Positions 1 to 13,665 of a DNA stretch of 64,000 nt are shown here, piece by piece. The notes under the pieces were generated by a model. The model searched no databases. It was not told the DNA's origin and worked only from the letters and a program-made list of their open reading frames with translations. The translations under genes were made by a program, and so were the position numbers. The first letter of the stretch is position 1. Every line of letters begins with the position of its first letter. The stretch lies in the NCBI GenBank assembly GCA_965644295.1, contig CBFFRP010000169.1, positions 124,001 to 188,000 on the forward strand, given 5' to 3'. The DNA comes from Paraphysomonas bandaiensis (taxonomy: Eukaryota > Protista > Chrysophyceae).

Positions 1-3000
1 CACACGAGAAGCACTTGCAGTGGGTGGTGCTCGCTGATGAATGTCAAGATTGGCAACATGACCCGGACTGCTGCTTCCACCACGCTTACTTGTGTAGGAC
101 GGGTTGTGACCAATCACCGGTGAGGTACGACCAGTCATTGGAGTGTCGCTCAGCATAGGCGTCGCCGCCTCTCGGCCTCGACTTCCACCTTTCATTGGGG
201 TCGAATACGCATTTTTTCCACTACTTGCACCAGAGATCAAATCGCAGCCTTGCATCAGTTGATCAACTTCCTCAATGGCCGCTGCATTCACCCCTGCGGA
301 CAGCTGGGTATCGTTCTTGAGTTGAGACACTAGCTGGACCAAGGAATTGGACAAGGCATGTCGCAAATACTTCTGCATCGATACCGCACATTGAATTACA
401 TATGTTGACGTCTTTGTTTCCAGCTCCTGCGTACCACCAAATCTGGATATGTCTTCCTGCTCCAGCAGCTTGCCTAGCAGGTTTTGGAACCGGCAGTCCG
501 ACAATGAGATTGCCACAGATGGGTGAAATCGGCACATCAACTCAATCGCCAAAATCGCTTTTCCTTTTATAGCGCTCGAGCTCCCTTGTTCTGCCAATCG
601 GCAAAGCACTGGCAAAAGTTGACCACACTCCTGCACGAAGTAGAATCGTATAGCCTTGAGAGCCTCATCAGTTGGTGAAGACACTGTATTACCAGGACTC
701 GGAGACGGGGCGATATGATTAGCAGAGAATATGATGTTAAAGATATTTAGGTATGCTTGTTGCAACCTCGGTCTTCCATCCTTGAGCGTATCGATAAAGT
801 TGGACAAACCGCCTTTCTCAAGGATGCGGGAGATAAATCTCGCACCACCTGGAATATGTTAGGACCAGATTCATAGCTGTGAAGTACAAAACAATACACA
901 ATACAGAAAATATCACAGCATGCTAAGAGTACACCGCACACCTGGCGCTGGACTGCTTCCTCCAGTAGTAGTGGCAGCCTCTTGAAGAACCATAAAAAAC
1001 ATGTGGAATAGTGCCATCGCACACACAGCTTGTATTGTGGTATTCCTGCTATGCTGCGAAAGGTCCAACAGTCGAGATGCCACCTCCAGAGATATAAATT
1101 GCTTTCTGATGGGATAAGAACCTTGCGCTAGAATGTTCTCAATAGTCTGTTCATATAGTTCCAGTGATTCATGTTATAAACAATGAATATACTGTACTGC
1201 CCACAGGGCAGATTGAGAGCATGTACATACAATATCAAACGAGCACCATACACAATACATCCTCAGTACTACGAGCATGACGGACCTTGGCTGCGTAATG
1301 CCTGACCACCTCATCACCATCTTCCCCAAGACCTTTGGCAATAACCCCAACTACTCCACTGGGCAATTCCCAACCTGATCCCACATGGTCATCCTGAGCA
1401 GATATATAAAACACTAGCTCCCCAAGAGCGGCTAGAGCTCGATGTCGAAGCTGCACATCCATCCTCATTCCCGTCGTGTCCTTCAACACCTGCACCAGCA
1501 CGGAGAGGATATGACTATCTCTTGTGCTCGTCGAAGGCGGCTCTATGTACGTCGCATATCGAAGGAAAAGAGCCAGTGCTGTTGCCGCAAGTGCTCGTAC
1601 CGATGTTTGGTTGGAACGTTGAGACTGGGACAGCTGGGCCTTCGAGGGAGATGTCTTTATGACATGCAACAAGAGAGATAAAAACTGGGTATTGAGTACC
1701 ATATTTGCAACCTGAATAATACATTACCAATAAAGTTACTAATCACAGAGTATGGTGTGCATAAAAATATCCATGTCATGCAGCTCATTTGACAGAAACA
1801 TACCTCAGCGTTGGAGGCAATGGTGCAGAGATACGAAAGTATATTCATTCTTTCTGTTGCTTGGGAGACGGAGGCTGTGTTAGATAGTCGTGACGAGCTA
1901 CTCTGAGAGGACATTCCCACACTCTGCTGAAGCGACTTGTACACCTACCCAACAGACACATCACAAGGCAATGTATCCATTCTACTCAACGATACACTTG
2001 TCTGTCTACATTACAATACACTCTAAGATTGAGTTACCTGCGAGAGGTGATTTTCTATCTCAGTCTGAGATAGCCCACCAAGATCTCCAACAGACAACGG
2101 ACTAAATTGAAGCGACGATGATGAAGCGCCCTTGGTGTACACAAACTTCTCTATCGGCTCTATGGCTTTGTTGTTTACAATGGGCTTAACCTGAACGAAT
2201 CCCATGACTAATCAACACAATTTAACAACTACGCCTGTCTACTATAATCTCATAGTACATGAAAAAAGCATATATACCAGTGACTTATATGTAAGACACA
2301 CCTGTGAGTCTGATGCATGAACCATATGCGTAATAGGGTTAAACCGATCATCAGCGTCATCAACATCCTCACAAGTCCTACTTGACTCTATATCGACCTA
2401 TAGACACAAAAAGTAACTGGTCATACTATTGCTATTCTGTATTGTACTTTGCTCTCGTTCTGGTGCCCTGCTGCCCCCTCATCAACCATGTAATCTCGAG
2501 AACTATTATAATCCTCTGCTCTCTCTGCCTCTCCCTTGGTCTCTCCCTGGACACCAGAGTACTCAACGCGGCTGCTCTCTGCTGAACACACACTGTTCTC
2601 GAAGGAATCGTCTGCTAGACTCCCACTGTCCTGAAAGCAACTGAAAGTCCATTAACGCGGAACCTCAGCACACATCCAGCTCAAAAATATGATCCATTCA
2701 ACAAGTACCTAATGAGAGCTTCATAAGCTGGTTGGGGAGGTAGTAGCTGCGGTGGACTGGGTCTGCACTTCGTGTCCCAGAAGGGGTGGCTACACAGTTC
2801 CTCCCTGCATTGATGTCAAACACGATATACGGTGTCACTCTGTCAGAAGTTTTTCATTCAGAGTTTAATACATAAAAATCATACTAAATCATATACGAAC
2901 TTCGATTAATAAACAATGTCAGCAGCATTTAAATTCAACACATTTAAATTCCTAAACAGAGAACATATATTTCAACACGATTATTTCAGCAAGTCTGATA

Positions 3001-4065
3001 TCTACTATATTGAAACATACCAGTTACATCGGTAGTGTGGTGTTTTCTCAACCATCCACCCAATCAAATCGCTTAACTCTGGGGTCATAGAGGGAACGTA
3101 TCCCGTCTCATCGCCACTGTTACCTTTCTGAGAAGATTTGGACCTCGGAGATACCCGGCGGGCCCGATCTTTTTTTGACCGCTCGACCATACGGAGAATA
3201 ATTGCGGATAATTCTTTTGTTCGAATATTATCCATAATATCTGCTGTATTCTCCATATCTTCATGGGCAGCGCTGTTGGCATCTCTATCCTTCCACCATC
3301 TACAAGAGAATAGCCCCCCACCGACTCTTAGCTCAAACAACACACATCCTAAGGCCCAGAAGTCAGAAGCAAAAGAATGAACACCTTCACTGGAAAACAG
3401 CTCAGGGGCCATATAGAGTACAGTGCCTCTAGATGACAACGGTTGATTACCAAGTGCGGCCTTGGGGATCTTACGAGTCATCTTAAAGTCGCTAATCTTG
3501 AGGATTCCGTATTCATCAATAAGGATATTTTTCGGACGCAGATCGCAGTGTACGTAACCCAAAGTGTGTAAGTACTGGATATATGACAAAAGACACATTT
3601 TGTTAACACAAATACGAGATAACTTCGAAAAAATACAGAGTATTGCCAATGTGACTGCAGATTACTTCGACAAAGATTTACTTACACGCAGTCCCGTTAT
3701 GATATCTAGAGCAAACATTCGTACAGAAGCCTCTGGCAGGTGATGATCTTGCTTTAATAAGGATTCCAGATCTCCGGCGGTACAATACTCTAATATAAGC
3801 CAAAGGTTGTTCTTTGTCTCATACCAATCATGAAACTTGACCGTATGGGGGCTTTCTAATCTATGCATAATCTGAACTTCATTAACCACCTGTGCCATAT
3901 ACCTTCACAGATCTCCCTGATTATATATAATATACATACATTGTTCATCATATTCTTATCAACGCGCTTGATTGCTACATACTCAATACTCTTCTTCTCT
4001 CGTCCTTTAAACACTTGTGAGAATGCGCCCTTACCAATCTCTTCATAGATATGATACTTATCCAT
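1..4065 (-). CDS. ULK4: ULK4/RUNKEL-like pseudokinase with C-terminal HEAT/ARM repeats; multi-exon, 3' end runs off the window
   Basis: ORF pieces MDKYHIYEEIGKGAFSQVFKGREKKSIEYVAIK, FHDWYETKNNLWLILEYCTAGDL, HCDLRPKNILIDEYG..SDFK, RGTVLYMAPELF, ALGELVFYISAQ and VRHYAAK match the ULK4/RUK family. The first intron is 3939-3890 (GT..AG). Confidence 0.88.
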
Positions 4066-4331
4066 TGCGATATATCCAGTTACTCGTTAGTTGTATGAGT
4101 TATTAGATTAACTGTTAGTAGATACGATATATCGATACGTCGGATCTCCTGTTTATATATATCATCCCCTGCTAGTCATCATACGCCTTATTCTGAATAA
4201 ACAATCCTTGTAAATGGCATATGTATATGTTGTTATCTTGTGAGGGACAGTCACAGGCGGATACTGCTATGAGTTCATTTGAATATAGCTGCACGGTACA
4301 TACACGTGACTCATTAGACAGCAGTAGAGGG

Positions 4332-4447
4332 AGTTTGAACGGGTAGGGGATACGGGCAGTAGACCGTGTGGGAACAGTTCCACCCAGCTCGTTATACTCT
4401 GTAGTCATAGTTTGAACGGATAAGGTATACGGGCAGTAGACCGTGTT
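4332..4447. promoter_or_regulatory. Two ~38-bp direct repeats, each with an ACGG-N8-CCGT inverted motif, in the divergent ULK4 promoter
   Basis: ACGG GCAGTAGA CCGT at 4352-4367 and 4429-4444, inside the repeated agtttgaacgg...tacgggcagtagaccgtgt. Confidence 0.5.
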
Positions 4448-4561
4448 GTATTTTGTACTGGTAGAGGTATGATCTGACAGCAGGGAAGTCGTATGAGATT
4501 TTGCATGTATCGTTCCCTCTTCTAGATTCCACCATCCCTACCATAGAATACCTCAGGTATA

Positions 4562-4702
4562 ATACATACCATACCATACCATACCATACCATCCATACCA
4601 TATAGACATACACACTGCTGTACGTGTGCCCACTCACATACATACATACATACATACACACATACATATATATCATATCATACATACGTACATACATACA
4701 TA
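4562..4702. repeat. (ATACC)n and (ATAC)n microsatellites in a divergent intergenic region
   Basis: Directly visible: ataccataccataccatacc and catacatacatacataca. Confidence 0.9.
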
Positions 4703-4944
4703 CAGCAGCATACACCACTCTACATACACTGCACTCGTTAATCATCGTATTCATATATTTCTTCCTCATAATACACCTCGACTTTGACTCTGGTGACATC
4801 ATTCTCCACAACATTACGCCAGGTCTGCATCTGTATTGCTTCCAACCTCACAGTTCATTGGCTGGAACAATAGTCTTTCAATAAATTTAGTTCTGTTGTT
4901 TGACTCGGACTGTTATCGTGCTTCGAATTCATTCACATTAAACT

Positions 4945-6176
4945 ATGGCAAAGCACGTACGATATGCATCCAAGAAAGGCGGTAATGATGTGGAGGATTT
5001 ATCTGAACGCTTAGCGAATGATTTACGGCAACACATTAGGACACTGGTATGGGCATTGTACATACTGGTGCTGTGCTAATACACTGACATGCACAGGGTC
5101 ACTACCCTATGTTATCTGACCATTGGTGTGAAATGGCCGAAGTTCTTGGACGTGTAGCTAATATATCTGATGTGGTATGGACAGTGTTTTAGATATTAGT
5201 ATGTAAATTGCTGTTAATGTCGTGTCTATTACAGGAATCTAAATTATCTGCGGGAAAAGAAGATGCGACATTATGGGAAACAGAAGAGCTTGCCCTCAGG
5301 TCTCAGGGCTCTTTATCTCATTTTATTCTAGTTAGCATTAACCATTTGTGTTATTCAGGTACCTCCTGGAAGATGGAAAGCTCAATTTGTGTCTTCGAAA
5401 TTTAATCGAGTATAAAACGTTTCAACGGCAGTCACGGTCGAATAATGTCGAACTCACTGTAAGAGTCGTAGTTATGACTTTAGCTGTTCTAATGCACACC
5501 GTATATGTAGTCTGAAAAACAGGAGAAGTGCGACAAATTTGAAAAGGGGCTCGGGACAGTATTGAAGAACGCTTGGAATCATGTGGAAGCTGTTCAAACT
5601 ACTGACATACAAGCACTTGTAAACCATATCGCCGATGTAATCGACTATGCTACCGAGTCGTCGAGATACATCGAAGAGTGTGTGGTTGAGGGAGATCTGC
5701 ATATGCGGCAGGAAGTTATGGTGTTTTCTTATATTGTGGGAATTATGCGGCAGCTAGATTATTTGCATGAGGACAGGTAAGACGACTCGGAATGTACACA
5801 CACGATCATGTATACTACTTGGTATCTATCTACGATATTTACATTATAAAACTTTGTCTTGTATAGAGTGATGCCTCTGCTTCGAGAAAGGCGTGTATTC
5901 ATACGAGGAGCTCAATTCCTCAATAATTACCACCAGCACCTCCAATCATCCCCCAAACTAAAGATTATCGAGGCTCTCTCTTTAATCGCTGACTCAGAGG
6001 ACTTGGCCACCTACAAAGATGTCTATATAAGCGATTCCCAAGACGCTGCGGTACTGGTGAACTTATACGAGAGCTGCTTGGAAGACCTCAAGCAGCAAGA
6101 CCCCAGCAATAAGCGTATGATGCGACCGTTACTAGACCTCGTGAGCCAGATGAGAAGACGATACCGGTTGAAGTAG
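4945..6176 (+). CDS. Hypothetical multi-exon helical protein
   Basis: ATG at 4945; exon 1 4945-5046 (MAKHVRYASKKGG...HIRTL) ends at a GT donor. Further exons encode GHYPMLSDHWCEM, ESKLSAGKEDATLWETEELALR, YLLEDGKLNLCL, LKNAWNHVEAVQ and VMPLLRERRVF, with the stop at 6176. Family not recognised. Confidence 0.75.
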
Positions 6177-6635
6177 CGGATATATCTCAAGTTTTTACGA
6201 ATATTCTAGGCATTCTTGGTTTTGAGTGCGTTTTGTATTCGTATATCAATGAAGTGTATGGGATATTCTGATGGTGACATGTGTTTGTAGGAAGTTACTT
6301 CTTGGTTTGTGTTGGTAGGTGCGGTTGAAATTAGCAGTTAGAATATTTTTTCGAAGCGCCAGTACTGCACTATTAATAAAAACTTCTGGAATTTGATTTG
6401 AAAACTTTTTGATAACAATAAATTGTCAAACCATTTTAATATCACATGTATCATGTAACGTAACTTAATAGCTTAAGTCAACCAGTCGTCATTTCGCACC
6501 ACATAGAGACACCAATCAGTTTTTAAGTCAAATGCTCAAAATTATTACGTTAAGTATTCTAAGTCTATTACATACACTTACTGGTTATACATCGTAAGAT
6601 ATATTTGTGTCTAATTTTATTGATCCCTCAATAAA

Positions 6636-6870
6636 GTCAGACTTGGACCAATTCGTGGTGTTCTGGGGGAGAAGTCGAGAAGTACCGGAGAAATTTCCCC
6701 GGGAAACTAACGTCAACTGCGTATAATACATATCGTCAGCGGATAACGCTCTGTCCACTCATAGCCAAATGCTTGTGTGGTACAAGGTACACTAATTAGT
6801 GTCACTAGTGTTGACGTCTTTGGGCCTTGGCTAATAAACAGGCATCCGGGGTATTAGGCTGTCAAGCTGA
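6636..6870 (+). repeat. Degenerate fragment of the Copia LTR family found at 47213-47821
   Basis: cgtggtgttctggggg...gaaactaacgt...ccactcatagcc...aataaacaggcatccgggg is the reverse complement of the 47440-47710 sequence. Confidence 0.8.
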
Positions 6871-6872
6871 AG

Positions 6873-7003
6873 TTAATGATTGGTGTTGAACACACCGAAT
6901 ATAACTTAGGTTCTTTATTCTTCATTATATGTTGTAATGTTAGAAATTTCAATCGTATCAATTGAGAACAGTAAACCTTAGCAAATAATGTCAACTTCTG
7001 TTA
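6873..7003 (+). repeat. Dispersed repeat also present at 51555-51680
   Basis: Shared aatgattggtgttgaacacac...acttaggttctttat...ttgagaaca...ttagcaaataatgtcaacttctgtt. Confidence 0.75.
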
Positions 7004-7892
7004 GTGCTTGCGGTGACGAACAATCAACTTTCGGAGCGTTAAATAGTAGGATATCTGAGTTAAGCACTTTAACAACAACACTAACACATTAACAATATTG
7101 TGTCATTTTGTCTGGATACAATTAAAGTATTCTAGACCCCATGATATCAACAACTATATCCCTTTTCGATGTTTTTACCAATGACAATATTTTTGCCTTC
7201 ATGGCTTCTCTATCCCAAAAAACATATGTATTCCAACACTCCCGGTCAAAGTAGAAAAGGGTGATCGTCATTACACTGAAGCTATATGCTTCTTCTAAAA
7301 TCTAGTCATACAAGTCTTGAAGTAACAGTAATACCCGTTTGTATAAATAAATCGTCTTTTAGTTGTTTGACATAGAAAGTAAGACATTTCTAGACGTAGC
7401 GAAATGGAGGATATAACGAAAAAAATTGTTTAAGTTTTGCCTTTCATTTTGTCGTCTTGTGAGTTTCTTACTTAGCATTTTGCCTACGATACAAAATTCG
7501 CCAAACACCTACACTGCATTCGCACTACTATATAGTATATAGTAGTACTTTGCGATACAGTATTTGTAAAGATAGATAAATCATTATCGTAGAGTTACAT
7601 TACTACTTCATGATCTCATGGCATTATCCAAAATCTAAACTCCAAACCAATACAGGATGCAGCTGCATTGTACGTTCCACGTATCTAATAGTGGTGCAAT
7701 AAAAAAGCGAGGATATATATGGGTTACTGCTATTATCATTAGTATATATTATTCCCAATAATACACTTCGCTCCCACAGCAGGACACACGAATAACTCCG
7801 CCTACGCGGATCTAAAATCAATATTTCAACATGCTACTCGCTTGCTCGCTCGGGCACTCCTCTCACATTCGCCTGATGCATAACGTTCCCAT

Positions 7893-9091
7893 CTATTTCC
7901 CATCACCTCCAGTATAGGAACGTAGCAGAGACGTAAGAGGGTTCGCACCATCACCGCCCTCCTCTTTCTTCTTCTCTTGATCCATGGCTAAACGGCGCCT
8001 GTTATCTTCTACTGTGAATACCCGTCCTGATCGTGCATCCCGGGCAATTAAGTATACAAACTCGTGGCTCTCCATTTGGTCCGATACCTAACATAAAGCG
8101 ATCGTTAACACTTAGCTAAATATGTTCTGTACTTAAGTAAACAACATTTTTCATTATACTTCACACGACGCAGGGTATATTGGCTAAAGACAACACACAG
8201 CAAAAGCGTAATCACCTCAGCATATATAACAGCTTTTCCTCTGGGACCACTGACAGTGTAGCGAATGCGTGTCCTGTTGCTGCCATCATCAGCTTTGTAT
8301 TTCCTGGTAAGAAAACACGCAGTCAGAATTATACAAATATCGCAATAAAAACAGAAGACTACAATATTACACCACAAATCTAACCCGATACATAAAATAG
8401 CACATCACACCTTGATGCCACAAAGTTACGACGTCCTTCTGTGTGTCTTCCAGTGTCCATACCATAAGCTCTCATTGGATCTCCAGTCATACGCATCACC
8501 TGTCGATTGAACACAGTCAAACACACAACTAGGTGTGAGTAATATCTACAATATATATCTACACCCCATATATTCAAAATACAACTCAATACCATATATA
8601 ACTTTCTATCATAATCTCATATAAACATTTTTGAAACTGTGTTACTGTTTCCAGTTACATACCTCATCGTTCACTCTCACCAAATCAAACGTTTCGTTCA
8701 TAAGATTACTAGGAGCACATCTACCAAAAAGCTCCATTCCAATTGAGTAAGAAGCGTAAAGAACTAATGACCCAATCGCTCCAACAAGTGCCATAGAGAG
8801 ATACTTCTTATATCCACCTTTACGTCCACCTCCTTCATAATCATCATAATAATCATCATCTTCCTCTTGAATGCGACGAATAGGAAGATTCGATTCCTTA
8901 TTCTGACCCTCTTTAGGACTAGCTGCTGTGCAGAGGTGTCTACTAACATGGATACTATTGAAACTATCTACACGGGATATAGAGGATGGTATATAATGGA
9001 TAATAGGACGGATATATGTCATAGTAGTTCGGAGGGTGCTGATGTGGTGTGGTAAGTGAGAACGATACATAACTCTTCCAATTTGTAACAT
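7893..9091 (-). CDS. TIM21: Mitochondrial import inner membrane translocase subunit Tim21 (about 4 exons)
   Basis: Arg/Ser-rich presequence and one TM helix, then ELFGRCAPSNLMNETFDLVR, GDPMRAYG..EGRRN, RIRYTVSGPRGKAVIYAEV and EFVYLI, the typical Tim21 pattern. Confidence 0.85.
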
Positions 9092-9615
9092 GTTTTACAA
9101 TGTAATAACTAGAATATGATATAGGGGGGTTATAACACACGAGTCTGTAGATATGAACTCCTGACTGCTGTGTGTCTCGGTATGTTAATATACACACAAG
9201 AGACATAAGAAACAAGCGTATATGAGGCTTATCTTCCACTTCCTTCTCATCCACAGGTTTCCTTATACTCCATCCATCACCAGCAGCAGATGATACTTGT
9301 TTTTATACTGGAAGGGGATAAAATACATCCAGTATTACATGAAAACCCATAATATTTTCCCCATCTCAGGATATTCATAAAATATCAAGGTATTCAGGGG
9401 TATAATAGTGTATATATCAGGGTTTTCCTGATCAGTCCAAAAACAAGAACAAGCCGTTGAACTCTGAGCACAATCAAATCAACTGCTCGCTCGCTCCTCT
9501 CTCTGTATGTGCAGCATATATATATATATACACACTGATTCCAGTCACACTCTCACGATATTATTGACTAACATACACATATCTTGCATCTTAAGTTAGG
9601 AATTTATTAATAGGA

Positions 9616-11727
9616 ATGCCCCACGTTAGCATTCAGCTTCCTAAAGGGGAGCTTGGTCTAGTGCTTGCTCCAGTGCAGAGCTCAGACTCATTCGCTGTGG
9701 GTTGCCAAATAAAAGGCTGGAAATCCACACCTAAAGTCGATAAAGTCACCGCTGGATCGAAAATAATATCCATTGATGGAAATTATGTAGAAAATTTGCC
9801 ATTTACTGAAATGGTGTCTCGTATACGTAACTCTAAAGACCGTGTGATTGTATTGGACTCTCCAAAGAAACTGTTTCCTCCTCAGGACAAAGAAAATGAC
9901 TCACCGAATACATCTCAATGTACCCCTGATGATGTCAGCTTTGGTGATTTAGAGAACTTGAGAGATTGTTTGGATACGCCATTGAGCCCTAGTAGTTCTC
10001 TATCGAATTCTATTCAGTCCAGGACTCCAAGTAAGCTACATGTGTCTGGTAACAAATCAGCCAGTGGATCAAGTCCAAACACTGTAATCTCTAACCTGAA
10101 AAAAGAAAACATGAAAAAGGATGCAATGATGCTAATGCTGCAGGGGCAGATTGATAAAACTTCCCAGCAATTGCAAGCTTCGAGAGATGCGAGTAAACAA
10201 TTAGAGGAGAAATTGGCACATCAAGAATATGCACTCACTTCTGCCAAACTAGAGGTGGACAATATAAAGGGCAGTAAACGAGGAAGTGACGGGCAAATAG
10301 CATTACTGCAGTACCGTCTTGACCGAATTCAAAGTAAACAGGCGAATTCCACATCGAGCCGTGATATGTCGCTTGTCGGAGGTGATTCTCGCATTGCCCT
10401 ATTATCTCATTCAATTCGATTTAGAGATACACTGGACAAGATTCGTTCTCAAAAGCTACTGACTTCATCTTCTTCATCGTCTTCCCCTCCTGCTCTAAAA
10501 AATACTGATTCTACCTCCCAGACTGTTGCACAAGAGTTGGAATATCAAAAGCGACTCAGTCACCGACTTGAGATGCAGTTGAGGTACTGGGTGGACGGCC
10601 AGATATCTCTCCATAAGCAACTGGCATTAGAGGATTGTAAAGTAGGAAACAAAGATCTAAAGTCTTTGATGCACTTGATTGGAGATGAGGGCACTCAGCA
10701 GAAGCCCGTTGCAAATGCTGCAATTCAATATTCGTCTGATGAATTAAGTGATGATGTACCCTGCATTGACAAGAAAAGGGCGAATCTATCATATGTGTCT
10801 TCAGTCGAATCTAGTGGTAGCAAGCAATCGCAATACCAGGGCAGCGCTTACAATCGCGAGTGCAAAGGCAGTATAGACTACGCGCAATATGATACCAACA
10901 GAAGTAGTACTTGTGAATCCAATTCCAAGCCCAAGGATATTGCTCAAGCCTCCTCCTATTCTTTCTCGCCACAACATACTATTTTCGCATCAACGCAATC
11001 GTCACTGTCTCCATTATATGCAGAGAGGTCAGAATATATTGAATCTCATTTTCACCAGGAGAAGAGTGTCGTCGATGGACAGAAGGATTATGAAACATCT
11101 ACAGGTACATCAACCAGACACCGTGCTTCTTTTTCCTCTAGCCAACCCAGCGAAGCATTGAGGGCCCCTCATGGCGACAAATATCATTCTAATTTTGATA
11201 ATTTGAAATCAGATGGTTCGAATGGCTATGTAGAGAGACGGAAACAGAATTTATCTAAGCAAGAGGAGTGGGTTTTCTCCTCTGATAAGTTCTTCACCAA
11301 AGAAAGTTCGTCAAACGTTAATTCCGGTGAAAGAGATCCCGTATCATTGCCATCGACACCACGATCTTCATTTGACCGTGACGCCTATAGGAGACAGCAA
11401 CCTCAGAAAAGTCCTGTCCTATCACCGAGAGAATATCGTCAGATAAATTATTTTTTGCCGCCGTCATCAGTCCATGTCAGTAGACAATCTACTCATCCTG
11501 TGCGGTGTGACGTTTCGAAGGTGTTACATGATAAAGAAAACGACAAAGTGGTTGACTCTCTATCGTCCGAACAGCATTTGGGAGAGAAATCATATACACA
11601 TAATTTGCACGGTACTGAACGTCGAAGATCTAGAAGCATTCGAGAGCAAATGGACAAGCTCAGAAGGGAGAGTAGTATGATTCGAAGTGATTTAAATAAA
11701 TTTCGATCAACGTTAAAGGTATACTAG
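9616..11727 (+). CDS. 703-aa protein with an N-terminal PDZ-like domain, coiled coil and long disordered Ser-rich tail
   Basis: Uninterrupted ORF. LPKGELGLVL...AGSKIISIDGNYVENLPFTEMVSRIR is PDZ-like, with heptads around aa 160-240. Confidence 0.8.
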   Translation: MPHVSIQLPKGELGLVLAPVQSSDSFAVGCQIKGWKSTPKVDKVTAGSKIISIDGNYVENLPFTEMVSRIRNSKDRVIVLDSPKKLFPPQDKENDSPNTSQCTPDDVSFGDLENLRDCLDTPLSPSSSLSNSIQSRTPSKLHVSGNKSASGSSPNTVISNLKKENMKKDAMMLMLQGQIDKTSQQLQASRDASKQLEEKLAHQEYALTSAKLEVDNIKGSKRGSDGQIALLQYRLDRIQSKQANSTSSRDMSLVGGDSRIALLSHSIRFRDTLDKIRSQKLLTSSSSSSSPPALKNTDSTSQTVAQELEYQKRLSHRLEMQLRYWVDGQISLHKQLALEDCKVGNKDLKSLMHLIGDEGTQQKPVANAAIQYSSDELSDDVPCIDKKRANLSYVSSVESSGSKQSQYQGSAYNRECKGSIDYAQYDTNRSSTCESNSKPKDIAQASSYSFSPQHTIFASTQSSLSPLYAERSEYIESHFHQEKSVVDGQKDYETSTGTSTRHRASFSSSQPSEALRAPHGDKYHSNFDNLKSDGSNGYVERRKQNLSKQEEWVFSSDKFFTKESSSNVNSGERDPVSLPSTPRSSFDRDAYRRQQPQKSPVLSPREYRQINYFLPPSSVHVSRQSTHPVRCDVSKVLHDKENDKVVDSLSSEQHLGEKSYTHNLHGTERRRSRSIREQMDKLRRESSMIRSDLNKFRSTLKVY

Positions 11728-12377
11728 TGTATTTGTAGGGTTTGAATGTTAGATCCGTGAGTGTGTGTACGGTATACAAGTGAACTGTAACTGTAGGTAA
11801 TACTTTTCTGACTATTGTGTATTCATAGGAGGTCAGAGATGAATGCGGTACAGACACAAGACAGAGCGCTACATCATTGAACAGGCAGCAGTTGTAATTA
11901 TTTCGGAACTATAGCGGATAATGGAGTATTGTTTTTTGTTTGTGTAGGATGTATAGCTCATCTATGTTCGTGTGTTGCGAAGCGTAGTGACTACACATAG
12001 TGATAATAGTAGTAATGAATATATACGTCGCACTAGTGAAAGTAAACTGGAACTTCGAGACTTTTATCTACTTATTAGTTGCACATGGCTTAAGCAATAT
12101 TTCCCATTTTTGTAGACAAAGAAGTTTTTAACTCTTGCGTACAGTCATTCCAATATTACTGCTTCCGCTATCGAATGAATACTAAAGATAGTACACGCAC
12201 AAAATAGGTATATGACATGTATATTAGCGCTAAGAAATATGCTTTTATATTGATTATAATTGATATCAGGGCTGCGTATGAATTAATTGTCAATTATTGA
12301 AATTGGGGCAGCAACTGATAATTCCAATTAAAATGCGCATTGATAAATAGATCCCATCAATATGACACACCTATATG

Positions 12378-12932
12378 TATTAAAAATCCAATTTTCAGGA
12401 TAAAATCCGAAGATTGCAGTAGTAAAAGGTGTTCTGAGGCGAAGGAAGGGTTATGGGTGGAGCTATACCTCTCGCCCTCAACAGAGTCGGACTCACACTT
12501 TTTCGTGGTGTTCTGGGGGGGATAAGTACCGGAGATATAACTCTGGGAAACTAACGTGAGCCGCAAACATAGTCAGCAGATATTCTGCCCACTCATAGCC
12601 GAATGATTGTGTGGTACAAGGGACACCAATAAGTGTCACTTGTGTAGACGTCTTTGGGCCCTGACGAATAAACAGGCATCCGGGAATGGGCCCACCTCAA
12701 TGGCATCCGGGACAGGGCCTACCTGAAGGGTGACCGGGGTATTGGGCTGCCTGCTGAAATCAAGAATCCGGGATGTTCATCTTAAGAACTCAGAGCGGAG
12801 GTGGTCGCACCTTGGTGCTTGCTGCGACGCACAAACAGCTACAGGTAGAGGTCTAACTAGTTTGTCTAGCATTCATCTAGCTACTGAGTTGATGCAGGTT
12901 TTTAACGCCTAATGCTAATAATAAGACTTTCA
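12378..12932 (+). mobile_element. Probable solo LTR of the Copia family (divergent U3 part)
   Basis: 12470-12932 is the reverse complement of 47213-47720 and ends ...GACTTTCA, followed by ATATG. ATATG also precedes 12378, a possible 5-bp TSD if the terminal TG mutated to TA. The left boundary is tentative. Confidence 0.65.
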
Positions 12933-13665
12933 ATATGTGAGGGAGAAGATCTCTATGAACGTGAGTCCGTGAAGGGCAGATGCAGAGAGGCGTTTCTTGG
13001 GGTAGGGCTCTGCATGGCTTTGGGGAGGCACATGGTTCTGAATTAGTGAGTCGAGTGTTTCTAGCTTGAGATACATGAGCGAAGGGTTTCAACATATACC
13101 TCTCGCAGCATTAAAGCTACTTATGTTTTTTACCTCTGAAATTAAATTACAATTGAGCAAGCTGTGTTGGCAGTTGGCAGCTACTGTATAGCTACTTGAG
13201 TACGTAGTTTAGTATCAATTAGTTGCAATTCAATTAATTGGGACAGCAAGTAAGAGTTGCAAGCTGCACTTATATTATTATAATTGACCACAACCTGCGT
13301 CAATTAATTGCCCTGGCTAATTTGTGGGTTGTTTTAGGATGAATATTAGAGTATTAAAAGTATGCATGGATTCGCAACGGCGGCTAATACCATGCAAAAA
13401 GTTACTGGCCTCGCTAGGTATATCTACGAAATATTTCGGCTTGACGGCATGAAATATACTCTAACATCAGATATTTCAACTACAATTCATTACAACTCTG
13501 ATTATAATATATTATACTCCAAAATAGCGAAAATTTACCCGCCACAACAACAAAACGTATGGCGATGTAAAACCCAAATATACTCAAGTCAAGAAAACAA
13601 CTTAAATTCCTTCGAACATGTTTTTCTCTTTACAAACCAAATACTTTATGGATCTTACTAAAACA

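Noticed and set aside
4392-4884. ORFs rich in MYVC/HTYI, also at 15659-15936 and 28184-28881
   Set aside because: These are translations of TACA/TATG microsatellites in promoter regions.
12267-13315. Possible hAT element (CAGGGC...GCCCTG with AATTAATTG repeats)
   Set aside because: Only 6 bp of terminal match, and the 8-bp flanks (ATTGATAT versus GCTAATTT) do not form a TSD.
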